Source: a virus (lineage: Duplodnaviria; Caudoviricetes). Taken from it: a stretch of 38,432 nt of DNA. How positions within the stretch are numbered: position 1 is the first letter of the stretch; every line of letters starts with the position of its first letter. A program made the translations under genes and the position numbers. The DNA lies in IMG/VR virus record IMGVR_UViG_3300008005_000036, positions 1 through 38,432 of that record; one strand, given 5' to 3'. Positions 27,524-36,353 of this stretch are shown here, piece by piece. The notes beneath the pieces are model-generated. The model was given only the letters and a program-made list of their open reading frames with translations. It had not been told where the DNA came from and did not search any database.

Positions 27524-28069
27524 ATGGATAATCCAAATGCTATTTCACCTTCTGTGCATGATATTGATGCTATGCGAAAAGTTTTAGAATCGTTTAATAA
27601 TGTTGGTTCTTCGGTACTTCATGAAGTTTCAAACAACTCCGATACAGAAATCAATAATTTAATGCAATCTGCTTTGAGCGGAAATGTTAAAATAGGCAAT
27701 GTATTTGAAATACGTATAAGAGAAATGGAATCACTGCGCGGCACTAAAAAGGTTTATGACATTTATAATTGTGCAACAAATGAATGCATTTCTGATGATT
27801 TGTTTTTATACGAAGCGGCCTATGCCATGGTTAAATATTTAAATAAAGGACATAATTTATTAAGTTCTGAAATTAGAAAAATAGCCAAATTAGAGCAGGA
27901 TTATGCTAGTTTGAGAACTGACGCCGGCATGTTTAGAGTACGATTAAATGAAAATCTTAAAAGAAATGATAAACAACGCGCATCTCTTTTCGAAACTCGT
28001 TTTCAAGATGCCAAGGACAAAGCCCTTGCAGTAAAAGCAGAAATTATTAAGATAGCCGAAAGTTTATGA
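27524..28069 (+). CDS. Hypothetical protein, probable virion protein
   Basis: AAGGA RBS; MRKVLESFNNV motif; coiled-coil C-terminus. Confidence 0.7.
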   Translation: MDNPNAISPSVHDIDAMRKVLESFNNVGSSVLHEVSNNSDTEINNLMQSALSGNVKIGNVFEIRIREMESLRGTKKVYDIYNCATNECISDDLFLYEAAYAMVKYLNKGHNLLSSEIRKIAKLEQDYASLRTDAGMFRVRLNENLKRNDKQRASLFETRFQDAKDKALAVKAEIIKIAESL

Positions 28070-28368
28070 TAATAACAACGGAAGCAGCCGCAGAATTTAA
28101 AAATATATTAGCCAAAACACCGGGTAGTTTTATAAGAATTACTATAGACGGCGGCGGATGTGCTGGATTTTCTTACTCATTTTCAACAGATACCATGAAT
28201 GATGGCGATATATTGGTTGATCAACTTGTTTTGATTGACCTGCCATCATCAACATTCTTGGAAAATTCAACTGTAACTTTGGTTAATAATTTAACTGGTA
28301 AATTTTTTAAAATAGAAATTCCTGAAGCAAAAAGTGTATGCGGTTGTGGCACAAGTTTCTCAATATAA
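28066..28368 (+). CDS. A-type Fe-S cluster carrier (IscA/ErpA/HesB family)
   Basis: GGGCAGFSY and CGCGTSF signature motifs. Confidence 0.92.
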   Translation: MIITTEAAAEFKNILAKTPGSFIRITIDGGGCAGFSYSFSTDTMNDGDILVDQLVLIDLPSSTFLENSTVTLVNNLTGKFFKIEIPEAKSVCGCGTSFSI

Positions 28369-28425
28369 TTTTTATTATTATCAAATAGTCATCTTGATAA
28401 ATAAAATAAAACCTGAGGAACAACA

Positions 28426-28698
28426 ATGATAGATCTAAGTCGGCTTGTTAACCAATACCATAGTTTATATAACGATAGAATAAATCCATATGAATGGGAT
28501 GCTGAAAAAGCTACCAAAATATTAGAATGGTGCAATACGATTAGAACCAAAATCCTTATGGAAACTCATTTTAATTCATACAACCAAAATTCTGATTATG
28601 CTCGTATATTAATATTAGAAGCATTAGCCAGAAGTATATTAATAGAGATAGCACCCAAAAGAATTCGTAAAGGGAAGAAAAAATATGGCAAAAACTAA
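28426..28698 (+). CDS. Hypothetical protein
   Basis: GATAAATA late-type element at 28396-28403; GAGGA RBS. Confidence 0.65.
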   Translation: MIDLSRLVNQYHSLYNDRINPYEWDAEKATKILEWCNTIRTKILMETHFNSYNQNSDYARILILEALARSILIEIAPKRIRKGKKKYGKN

Positions 28699-31117
28699 TC
28701 TAGAACAAAAAAGATTTAGTAGATTAACTGAAGCAGCGATAGCTTATAAATTATTCGATGAAAAGCAAAAACCACTAGTTAAAGCTCTTATTGAAGCATT
28801 TAATACCAAATTTAAAACACGTTTTTATTTTGATGAAGTTCGTGGCGAAATAATACATGCAAATTTGGTAAAAGAAGCTACTTTTGCAGAATATAAAAAA
28901 CTCGCTGGTTTGTTGGAATCCAAGGGTATTAAATCAACTATAAAAGAAAGTGTTGTTCAAAATTTAAATGGTCTTTCTAGATTGGTTGAAAGTGAACTAG
29001 CACAAGCTGAAATTATTTTAGCTGCACAGAGTTTGGGCGATAGATTACAGAAAATGGCCGAAGATTTGGCACAAATGGTAAGCGAAGATGTATTACCAAT
29101 TTCTGATCAAATGAAAAGTGTTTTTGGCACACAACAATCCGAAAAATGGAGTTCTGTTTCAAAAGATGCTCTAGAAGAAGCATTTGCGGTTATATCCAGA
29201 ACCAAGGATGTTATATCTAACGCTAATTTAGTATTGGAAAGACAACTTGAAGGTGAAGAAACTCTAGCTGGTGACATGGCCGATTTTGATACGGGTAATG
29301 CGGATTCTTCTGATGATTTGGGCATGGATGACGGTGCCGGCGCCGGAGAGCTTGATGATTTTTTGGGAGGGAGTGATGCTGCTTCTGGACCAGAAGAAGA
29401 ACCACTTGGTAGAGCCAAAAAAGAATCAGTTCAGTATAAAAAAAAGTCTTTAACAGAAAATGAAAATAAAAAACAACCCGGGGAATTAAGCTCAAGTGAT
29501 TTTAGTGTTATTGAAACGTATAACGGGTATGTGTTAGGTGCAGATGAACACGACGATGGTGACGTGGTAAAACATTCATATTATATTGCTAAACCAACTA
29601 GAAAAATTGCAATTGGCGACGGATATCGTCCATTACAACTTTATAAAAAAATAAAAGATTTGGGACTAGGATCATATGTGCCAGAACATGAAGCTATGGC
29701 TGTTTTTAAGAAAACTGTTGATGCTATGGGAACTAACGAAGACAGGGCAACGGGCCAAATAGACAGTTATATGCCAATTATGCGTAAAACACAGAGTGAA
29801 CAACCATTTGTATTAACACATGATGGCAATGCAATCGTTATTACAAAGGGGCATAATACTACAGATGATAGTGCTTCTTTTTATGATGATGAAGCCAGAG
29901 AATTATTACATGATTTGGCCAACACCGATACTTCCGAACATCAACAAATACTTGCGCATTATTACGCTTCAAGAATGAATGTTATTGACCGAGATAGAGC
30001 TAGAATTTCTCCAGACGAATGGAATAGATTAAGTGAGCATGATGACCCCTCCTCGTATGTTGATAGGCTAAAACAAAAAGGTTATAATGTTAAAGTTACT
30101 GATAGAAATGGTGTTAAATATTTTGCTATTTCAAAGAAAAATGATTTTGACGAATTTACTAACAATAGTGAAATATTACATGTTAGAGAACCAAGAACAG
30201 GCGAATATATAATTGATATGGATTACAAAGCAAAATTTAATTCATTAGAAGATGCTGTAAGTTACCATTATGATGAAGAACCAAAATATCAAGACTTGGA
30301 TAATATAAAAGAACATGCAAATTATAGCGATTATGTTAGTGAATTGGAATCAGAAGGTTATACGATTGATGTAACTGAACAGGGCGATAGTTTAATCTTT
30401 GCGGTATCCAGAGATGGTAAAACCGTCTTTATAGAAGAGCCCAAAGATGGCGTTTATCAAGTGATGGCCTTTGACAAAGAATATACTACACTTAAAGATG
30501 CCGTAACCGCATTTTTTAATGTTAATGAATCCAATTGTGCGATGGTTAAAGAACGCAATGCGTTTGCTCATGCGGTCCGCAAAGCTAAATCAATCGGCGC
30601 TGATAATTTTGAGGTTGACGGTAAAAAATATCCTGTTAAAGAAGCCGGAATGCCGGCCGGTGTTATTAAATCTAAAAATAGATACGCAGAAATGAGCGAT
30701 AGCGACCTTGCTGCAACATTGCGTGATAAATCAGAAGATGAATTAAAACAAATGGCATGGCGCCATGGTTACGGGAAAATGAGTGATCATTATGTGAAGA
30801 GAGTTGCGGCCGGCCGTGTTAAAGAAAATGACGAAGAAGAATTAGCAGATAAAGCAATCAAAGCCATTAAAGGTGAAAAAAATCCTGCGCAAAAACCAAA
30901 CCCAGTTGAAGATAAACTTAAAAAGGATATGGAAAACACCATACGTCGTAACCCACAATTAAAAATGGCGTTATCGAAAATGCAGGAAGCAATTAATACA
31001 ATCAAAGAAGATATCGGCCTTGGTATTAATGAAAAACTTGCTATTCGTAATTCTTCAATGATTTTTGAATTGCCAATACAGGATTTGCGTGAAGAATGGC
31101 TGGCGAATAAAAAATGA
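28685..31117 (+). CDS. Large acidic prohead core/scaffold-like polyprotein
   Basis: Coiled-coil ESELAQAEIILAA segment, acidic linker, many (I/L/V)xE sites, internal duplicated module. Confidence 0.55.
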   Translation: MAKTNLEQKRFSRLTEAAIAYKLFDEKQKPLVKALIEAFNTKFKTRFYFDEVRGEIIHANLVKEATFAEYKKLAGLLESKGIKSTIKESVVQNLNGLSRLVESELAQAEIILAAQSLGDRLQKMAEDLAQMVSEDVLPISDQMKSVFGTQQSEKWSSVSKDALEEAFAVISRTKDVISNANLVLERQLEGEETLAGDMADFDTGNADSSDDLGMDDGAGAGELDDFLGGSDAASGPEEEPLGRAKKESVQYKKKSLTENENKKQPGELSSSDFSVIETYNGYVLGADEHDDGDVVKHSYYIAKPTRKIAIGDGYRPLQLYKKIKDLGLGSYVPEHEAMAVFKKTVDAMGTNEDRATGQIDSYMPIMRKTQSEQPFVLTHDGNAIVITKGHNTTDDSASFYDDEARELLHDLANTDTSEHQQILAHYYASRMNVIDRDRARISPDEWNRLSEHDDPSSYVDRLKQKGYNVKVTDRNGVKYFAISKKNDFDEFTNNSEILHVREPRTGEYIIDMDYKAKFNSLEDAVSYHYDEEPKYQDLDNIKEHANYSDYVSELESEGYTIDVTEQGDSLIFAVSRDGKTVFIEEPKDGVYQVMAFDKEYTTLKDAVTAFFNVNESNCAMVKERNAFAHAVRKAKSIGADNFEVDGKKYPVKEAGMPAGVIKSKNRYAEMSDSDLAATLRDKSEDELKQMAWRHGYGKMSDHYVKRVAAGRVKENDEEELADKAIKAIKGEKNPAQKPNPVEDKLKKDMENTIRRNPQLKMALSKMQEAINTIKEDIGLGINEKLAIRNSSMIFELPIQDLREEWLANKK

Positions 31118-31479
31118 GATGGCAAGAAATTCTTTTACTAACAGAATCAGATCCAATGAAAGCGGTAAAAGATGAACTTGCTGCATTATTTGGGATTCTT
31201 AAAGTAAAAAACATTGATAGAATACCTTTGGAAAAAATATTAAAACAAATATCTTTCGAAGGTGTTTCTGTTAATATAAAAGATGAAAGTGCAATTAAAA
31301 ATATAACCGATATAATTATATCGTTAGATAATTTGGTTGATAAGGTCGAAAATGAGGTGGTGTATTTGAAATCAGACAAACCAGATAATTATACCCCAAC
31401 ACAAGATAAAGAAGATAAAGATAAAAAAGCGGTTTCAACAGATGCGACCAAACAAGCTAAAAAGAATATTAAGAAATGA
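31114..31479 (+). CDS. Hypothetical protein, probable internal head protein
   Basis: MRWQEILLLTE N-terminus; ATGA coupling. Confidence 0.65.
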   Translation: MRWQEILLLTESDPMKAVKDELAALFGILKVKNIDRIPLEKILKQISFEGVSVNIKDESAIKNITDIIISLDNLVDKVENEVVYLKSDKPDNYTPTQDKEDKDKKAVSTDATKQAKKNIKK

Positions 31480-31486
31480 GGATAAT

Positions 31487-31822
31487 ATGAGCTCAAAAGA
31501 AATAAGACGTATTTTAGAAAGTTTCAATAATGTTGATTCACTAAATATACCCAAAACCGAAAAGTTTGGTTTATTTGGTGAAATCGCAAAAAGCCCAAAA
31601 GTAATCGAAAGTTTTGAAGGCTTTGAAGATTCATATGATGATTTAATGGATAAATTTGAAGCACATTTGCAACAAGCCACGCATTTACGAAAAGAATTAG
31701 CTGATCTGTTAAGGCACGCTGCTAGATCAAATCCGGAAAATGATGGGGTTGATTTTAAGCGAGAGCAATTAGAATATCACATTAAATTTTGGTTAGAAGA
31801 GTTTAATCAAATTAAACTGTAA
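31487..31822 (+). CDS. Hypothetical protein
   Basis: ATG at 31487 has a GAGGA RBS (preferred to 31442); IRRILESFNNV motif. Confidence 0.65.
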   Translation: MSSKEIRRILESFNNVDSLNIPKTEKFGLFGEIAKSPKVIESFEGFEDSYDDLMDKFEAHLQQATHLRKELADLLRHAARSNPENDGVDFKREQLEYHIKFWLEEFNQIKL

Positions 31823-31830
31823 GGAATATA

Positions 31831-32160
31831 ATGAGTTTACCGACAAACGCCAGTCAAAGTAGAGAAAGAGCAAGAAACTACCCGCTTCTTGTTCAAGAAA
31901 ATTCTGTAATAGACCAAGCAATAGCAACTGCTTCGGATAATGGTGAGTTAACAGTTGAAATTGCCAATTCATATATGACTGAGCCGGGAACAATAGAAGC
32001 ACAATCATATTATAATGCTTGGAAGGGCTTGGGGGCCAATGAAACTCTAACAGACCAAATGAATGAAATTATTAGAAGTTTTCAAGACCGAGGCTACAAA
32101 ATAACGAGAACAACAAATAATTCAACATTAAATACATTCAAATGGATAATTAGGTGGTAA
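31831..32160 (+). CDS. Hypothetical protein, probable virion protein
   Basis: AAGGA RBS; ends FKWIIRW. Confidence 0.7.
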   Translation: MSLPTNASQSRERARNYPLLVQENSVIDQAIATASDNGELTVEIANSYMTEPGTIEAQSYYNAWKGLGANETLTDQMNEIIRSFQDRGYKITRTTNNSTLNTFKWIIRW

Positions 32161-32161
32161 T

Positions 32162-32305
32162 ATGGAAAAAGAAAATCCAACCAAAAAGCTCTTAGAAAAA
32201 CTTAAAAAAATAGATTCTAATAAAAACATATATGTGGATGAATCACACCCGCCTAAAAAGAAAACTTTCAAAGAGTTTCTAAAATCAAACAACGTCAAAA
32301 AGTAA
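32162..32305 (+). CDS. 47-aa basic ORF absent from the ORF track
   Basis: MEKENPTKK...KTFKEFLKSNNVKK fills the gap exactly; AGGTGG RBS. Confidence 0.6.
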   Translation: MEKENPTKKLLEKLKKIDSNKNIYVDESHPPKKKTFKEFLKSNNVKK

Positions 32306-32310
32306 TCAAA

Positions 32311-32844
32311 ATGTATTTGCGTGAAAATGAACGGGTAAAGGGGCATATTCTATTGGATGGATTTACAATTTTAATAGAATATAAAAAGGGTGACAAAAAA
32401 CACGGAAAAAACAAAAAAACTGGGCAACCGTGGGTTAAGGAATTTTTTACTCATTATGGATATTTTGAAAATGCAGGCGCGCCTGATGGCGATAATTTGG
32501 ACGTTTATGTGGTTCCCCGAGCAAAAGCCAAAAAGCCCATATATGTTTTTCATAATTTAACCCCAGATGGATCCGCATTTGATGAAGATAAAGTATTCAT
32601 GGGCTGTAATAATTTAGACCAAGCAAAATTATTATGGAAAATGCATGTTCACGAACCTGAAAAAATGTGGGGCGGAGTATGTGAATTTACCACCGAAGAA
32701 TTTAGTAAAATATTGAATAGAATGCAGGAAACAAGCCAAGGTATTATAGCTAAACCTGATTGTTTTTACTCATTGAAAAATAAGGGATTTTTACCTGAAA
32801 ACCTAACAAGTCTTGCATTTAATGAGTATTTGCATAACAGCTAA
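32311..32844 (+). CDS. Inorganic pyrophosphatase-like (InPase) domain protein
   Basis: IEYKKG, HYGYF, DGDNLDVYV and FDEDKVFMG. Confidence 0.75.
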   Translation: MYLRENERVKGHILLDGFTILIEYKKGDKKHGKNKKTGQPWVKEFFTHYGYFENAGAPDGDNLDVYVVPRAKAKKPIYVFHNLTPDGSAFDEDKVFMGCNNLDQAKLLWKMHVHEPEKMWGGVCEFTTEEFSKILNRMQETSQGIIAKPDCFYSLKNKGFLPENLTSLAFNEYLHNS

Positions 32845-32873
32845 TAAATAAAATAACGTATTGGAGATTTGAA

Positions 32874-33470
32874 ATGAAATTAACTGAAATTTTATCGGAA
32901 AATAGAATTAAACACGCCTTTTATAAAAAGCTGGCGGATAGATCTCCTATAATAGCATTAACAGAAACTGCCATCGAACATAATATATCTGTTGATAATG
33001 TTATCACATTATTGGAAGTAGCCCCTACCGCGCCGGGCGCCGAAGATTGGATTAATAGTGTTAAGAGTGATTTTAAGAAACGATATGGCGATGATTGGCA
33101 AAAAGTTTTATATGCCACTGCATGGAAACGTTTTGGTGAAAGTGTTGTAACAGAAACAACTACGAAAAGTTCATTAAATGATGCGTTGGCCGCATACCCT
33201 GAAGAATTAGTGGCATATTTTAAAGATGAAGATACGTTTTCCGGATATGTTGCGGATAATCGTTTAATTGGTAGAATATCCAAAAAACTATTAGATGGGT
33301 TTGAATTTAAGCCGGGTCCTATCATGCGAGTAGCAGAAATGATCAAGGACTACAATCGAGCGAACGGCGGAAGCATTGGGAATTCTGCAAAGGAACGCCA
33401 CGCAGCAAGAAGTGATAGATTACTTAGGGTTAGGGATAGTTCAGGAAAAGCTACTGCACGAAAATTTTAA
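32874..33470 (+). CDS. Hypothetical protein, probable internal head protein
   Basis: AATAAATA at 32843-32850; GGAG RBS; MKLTEILSE N-terminus; FKKRYG...YATAWK motif. Confidence 0.7.
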   Translation: MKLTEILSENRIKHAFYKKLADRSPIIALTETAIEHNISVDNVITLLEVAPTAPGAEDWINSVKSDFKKRYGDDWQKVLYATAWKRFGESVVTETTTKSSLNDALAAYPEELVAYFKDEDTFSGYVADNRLIGRISKKLLDGFEFKPGPIMRVAEMIKDYNRANGGSIGNSAKERHAARSDRLLRVRDSSGKATARKF

Positions 33471-33524
33471 TATATTGAATTAAATTTAAGTAAACCGTAT
33501 TATCATTATAAATTACAAGGAATA

Positions 33525-34199
33525 ATGATGTATAAACCACCTGATTTTGAATATATTAAATTTGGTAAAGTTACCCTAGATGATGGTACTAGAACTTACC
33601 AAACCCCGGACGGTAACTTACCCAGTGTTACCACCATCCTTGGCGCAACTGGTGATAAAACGTTCTTGGATGCTTGGCGTAAAAGAATAGGCAACACTCA
33701 AGCTGATAAAGAAAGCAAACAGGCCACCGGCCTTGGTAGTTTAATGCATTTACATCTTGAAAATTACATATTGGGTGTGCCTCGGCCATCCGGTAACAAT
33801 TTGGTTAGAAAGATGGCCGAACACATGGCTGATGAAATAATTAACCGAGGATTGGTTAATGTGCAGGAAATATGGGCAATAGAACAACCGCTTTGGTTTC
33901 CCGGACTATATGCAGGAACTGCTGACTTGGTTATGATACATAACCAAACACTCTGTATTGGCGATTATAAAACTACAAAAAAGCCAAAGAAAGATGAATG
34001 GGTTACTGATTACAAATTACAATTGGTGGCGTATGCTCTAGCTCATAACGAAGTTTATGATACCAATATTAAAAAGGGCGTTATTTTTATGGCTAGTCGT
34101 GAAACACAATATCAAGAATGGATTGTTGACGGATTAGAATTTGACAAACATACTGAAATATGGTATGATCGTTTGGATACCTTTTACGGGAGCAGATAA
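33525..34199 (+). CDS. PD-(D/E)XK exonuclease
   Basis: LPSVTTIL, G..MH..LE, E, GTADL, DYKT, QLVAYA; possible TTGAAT-17-TATTAT promoter at 33475-33503. Confidence 0.88.
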   Translation: MMYKPPDFEYIKFGKVTLDDGTRTYQTPDGNLPSVTTILGATGDKTFLDAWRKRIGNTQADKESKQATGLGSLMHLHLENYILGVPRPSGNNLVRKMAEHMADEIINRGLVNVQEIWAIEQPLWFPGLYAGTADLVMIHNQTLCIGDYKTTKKPKKDEWVTDYKLQLVAYALAHNEVYDTNIKKGVIFMASRETQYQEWIVDGLEFDKHTEIWYDRLDTFYGSR

Positions 34200-34200
34200 T

Positions 34201-34455
34201 ATGATAAAATGTTTTACAGTAGTATTACTTTCGAGTAATATTTTGTTTGGTAGTGAACAGGAATATCCACATGATTTTAACACTGCAATGGAATTAATAA
34301 TAATTCAAAATGAAAATGATATAAAGTCTCATGGTAATACTGTTCGGGGATATGCATACGGTTGTTATGATACACAATCAGCCAACCGCCATTTAACAAT
34401 ATTAAATATAAATGAAAATGAATTAAAAGAAAATTTTGATGAAAAATATTTTTAA
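34201..34455 (+). CDS. Hypothetical protein
   Basis: ATG at 34201, just after the exonuclease stop, with GGGAG RBS. Confidence 0.55.
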   Translation: MIKCFTVVLLSSNILFGSEQEYPHDFNTAMELIIIQNENDIKSHGNTVRGYAYGCYDTQSANRHLTILNINENELKENFDEKYF

Positions 34456-34915
34456 TAAAATTATAATATTTTTGGTATTGTCGGGTTGTTCTATATCAAA
34501 TACGGAACAACAGATAAAAATGCCAATAACTTTAATAATTTCTGTTGTTAAGGGCGGAGTTGAATTTATTGAAAAAGGATCATCCGGATTATTTGTTGTA
34601 ACAGATGATGGTAAAAATTATGCATATCATTTATGCGATGATAGAGATACATACAACAAATGTTTAAATGAAAATAAAAGCAAGTTGCTTACCAAATGTT
34701 CTATAGAATTTAATAATCCGTGTGAAATAATAGCCAAAGATGACCAAATAGTTTATCCTGGCGGCGTTTACATTTTGAATAAAAAGTTTGAAAAGGGCGA
34801 TAGAATAAATTATTTTACTGTTCCGGCATTGCACGGCGCTGGCAAATACATGACTACCGGAACGGTTGATATTAACAGTTTGCCCGACATATATGCTGAC
34901 GAGAATTTAGAATAA
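34439..34915 (+). CDS. Putative lipoprotein
   Basis: Basic N-terminus, hydrophobic core, lipobox LSGC; four further cysteines. Confidence 0.6.
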   Translation: MKNIFNKIIIFLVLSGCSISNTEQQIKMPITLIISVVKGGVEFIEKGSSGLFVVTDDGKNYAYHLCDDRDTYNKCLNENKSKLLTKCSIEFNNPCEIIAKDDQIVYPGGVYILNKKFEKGDRINYFTVPALHGAGKYMTTGTVDINSLPDIYADENLE

Positions 34916-35164
34916 TAACTTAGCAATTACCATTACTGAACTGTTATTGGTAACTAGCCGGATACCCCCGTAGATTCTGAACAAAACATAGTCGACTCCC
35001 TCTAAATATCCAGCATTTTCCATATATTTAACAATTCCTCTACTATAACGAAGTGCCAACAGCAGATTATCACCCAAATTATGTTTTATTTCCAGTTTAT
35101 ATTTGTATGATAAACAATGCTTATCTTTGATAATATCATATTGGCAGGGAGTTATATTACTCAT
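34907..35164 (-). CDS. Hypothetical protein
   Basis: ATGA coupling to the upstream minus-strand gene. Confidence 0.6.
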   Translation of the reverse strand: MSNITPCQYDIIKDKHCLSYKYKLEIKHNLGDNLLLALRYSRGIVKYMENAGYLEGVDYVLFRIYGGIRLVTNNSSVMVIAKLLF

Positions 35165-36273
35165 TTAAACACCTTTAGAATAACCGTATCTGAATTCACA
35201 CGACCGTTCATTTTGTGGATAACGCCTTTAATGTTTTCGGTGATCAACACTTCCACTCTGCGTTCATTTTTTGCACTTCTAAATGGCGCAAGGTCCTTGT
35301 CGGTATTTCTAACGATTTTCGCAAAGCTCTTATTCTCATCAAAATTGAGAATAGTGGTACCTTTAACTGAAAGTGTTGTATCATCTTTTGCAACATAGTA
35401 TCCGAGACGACGATTTTTGGTATTGAACGTGAGCAATACTCTGCTGCCCACAATTTCTTCGGGCGGCAAGCTGACGATATTGTATTCCATATCAATTTTT
35501 TTAGTCTTGATATTTTTAACCGTGCGCTCTGCCTTATAAGCAGAATACCCAACTTTCTTTTTGTTTACCTTTCGTTCAGCCTTGATATTTTCGGTAAGCA
35601 TTTCTGCAATTTTGAGTGCGATGCGGTATTTTTCACGATTATAGGTTGACCGTTCTTCACCCATGATATCACGCATTTCCGCACACTGTGGCTCATTACT
35701 TTCCCAATCTGAAAGAAATGCACGAATACGAGCAGCAAAATTCGCCACATCGCTCTGAGCAAGTTTACTATCAAAAATTAGTTCGCTGAGATTTTGATCA
35801 TCTGCGTTTTTTAGAATAATCATATCTTGAACTTCATCGGCCAAAATATGTCCCGGAACTTTTATAAACTTTTTATAGTTTGATTTGACTTTTTCTTTCT
35901 CAACCAGTGTTTTGCCTTTTGCTGTTAACATGGCAACCGTTTCTGTCATTTTCAAAATGACACGTTCGGGAAGTTCACCACCCTCATTCAAAATATAAAC
36001 GTTCTTGCCAATACTGCCAAATTCAAATTCAGCAACTTTTGCAAGAGCTTCGGCATCGTGGTTGTTCTGTTCCGCCCATACGAGCGCCAGGTTTTTCATA
36101 TCTGCATGGTTAAATTCAGCAGTAAGCCAATTTAGAGCAGCACCAAATAGAGAATTATATTCCAAATTGCTCAATACCAATAGCGAAAAATCAGGCTTTG
36201 AATTGGTGATATACTCTCGGGTTCTTGCTGCTCTTGCTTTAGACGCCGCAATGTCTGCTGCTGATCTACTCAT
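35161..36273 (-). CDS. Hypothetical protein, probably early
   Basis: GAGGAG RBS; strong sigma70 promoter; FNTKNRRL, SVKGTT and GRVNSDTVIL motifs reminiscent of a T4-like conserved family. Confidence 0.8.
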   Translation of the reverse strand: MSRSAADIAASKARAARTREYITNSKPDFSLLVLSNLEYNSLFGAALNWLTAEFNHADMKNLALVWAEQNNHDAEALAKVAEFEFGSIGKNVYILNEGGELPERVILKMTETVAMLTAKGKTLVEKEKVKSNYKKFIKVPGHILADEVQDMIILKNADDQNLSELIFDSKLAQSDVANFAARIRAFLSDWESNEPQCAEMRDIMGEERSTYNREKYRIALKIAEMLTENIKAERKVNKKKVGYSAYKAERTVKNIKTKKIDMEYNIVSLPPEEIVGSRVLLTFNTKNRRLGYYVAKDDTTLSVKGTTILNFDENKSFAKIVRNTDKDLAPFRSAKNERRVEVLITENIKGVIHKMNGRVNSDTVILKVFK

Positions 36274-36300
36274 ATTTTTTAACTCCTCTAATTTATATAG

Positions 36301-36328
36301 AGTATAACATAATATATCAATTTGTCAA
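36301..36328 (-). promoter_or_regulatory. Strong sigma70-type early promoter
   Basis: TTGACA-16 bp-TATACT with an extended -10 TG. Confidence 0.75.
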
Positions 36329-36353
36329 TCATTTTATTATGAAAAACAATGAA

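Noticed and set aside
792-33346. Numerous antisense or nested ORFs in the ORF track (for example 1688-2128, 4760-5149, 29107-29418, 32921-33346)
   Set aside because: They are shadows of well-supported genes on the opposite strand, with no RBS or recognisable motifs.
33525-34199. Cas4 / CRISPR adaptation gene
   Set aside because: No four-Cys Fe-S motif, and no cas genes or array nearby; an ordinary phage PD-(D/E)XK nuclease.
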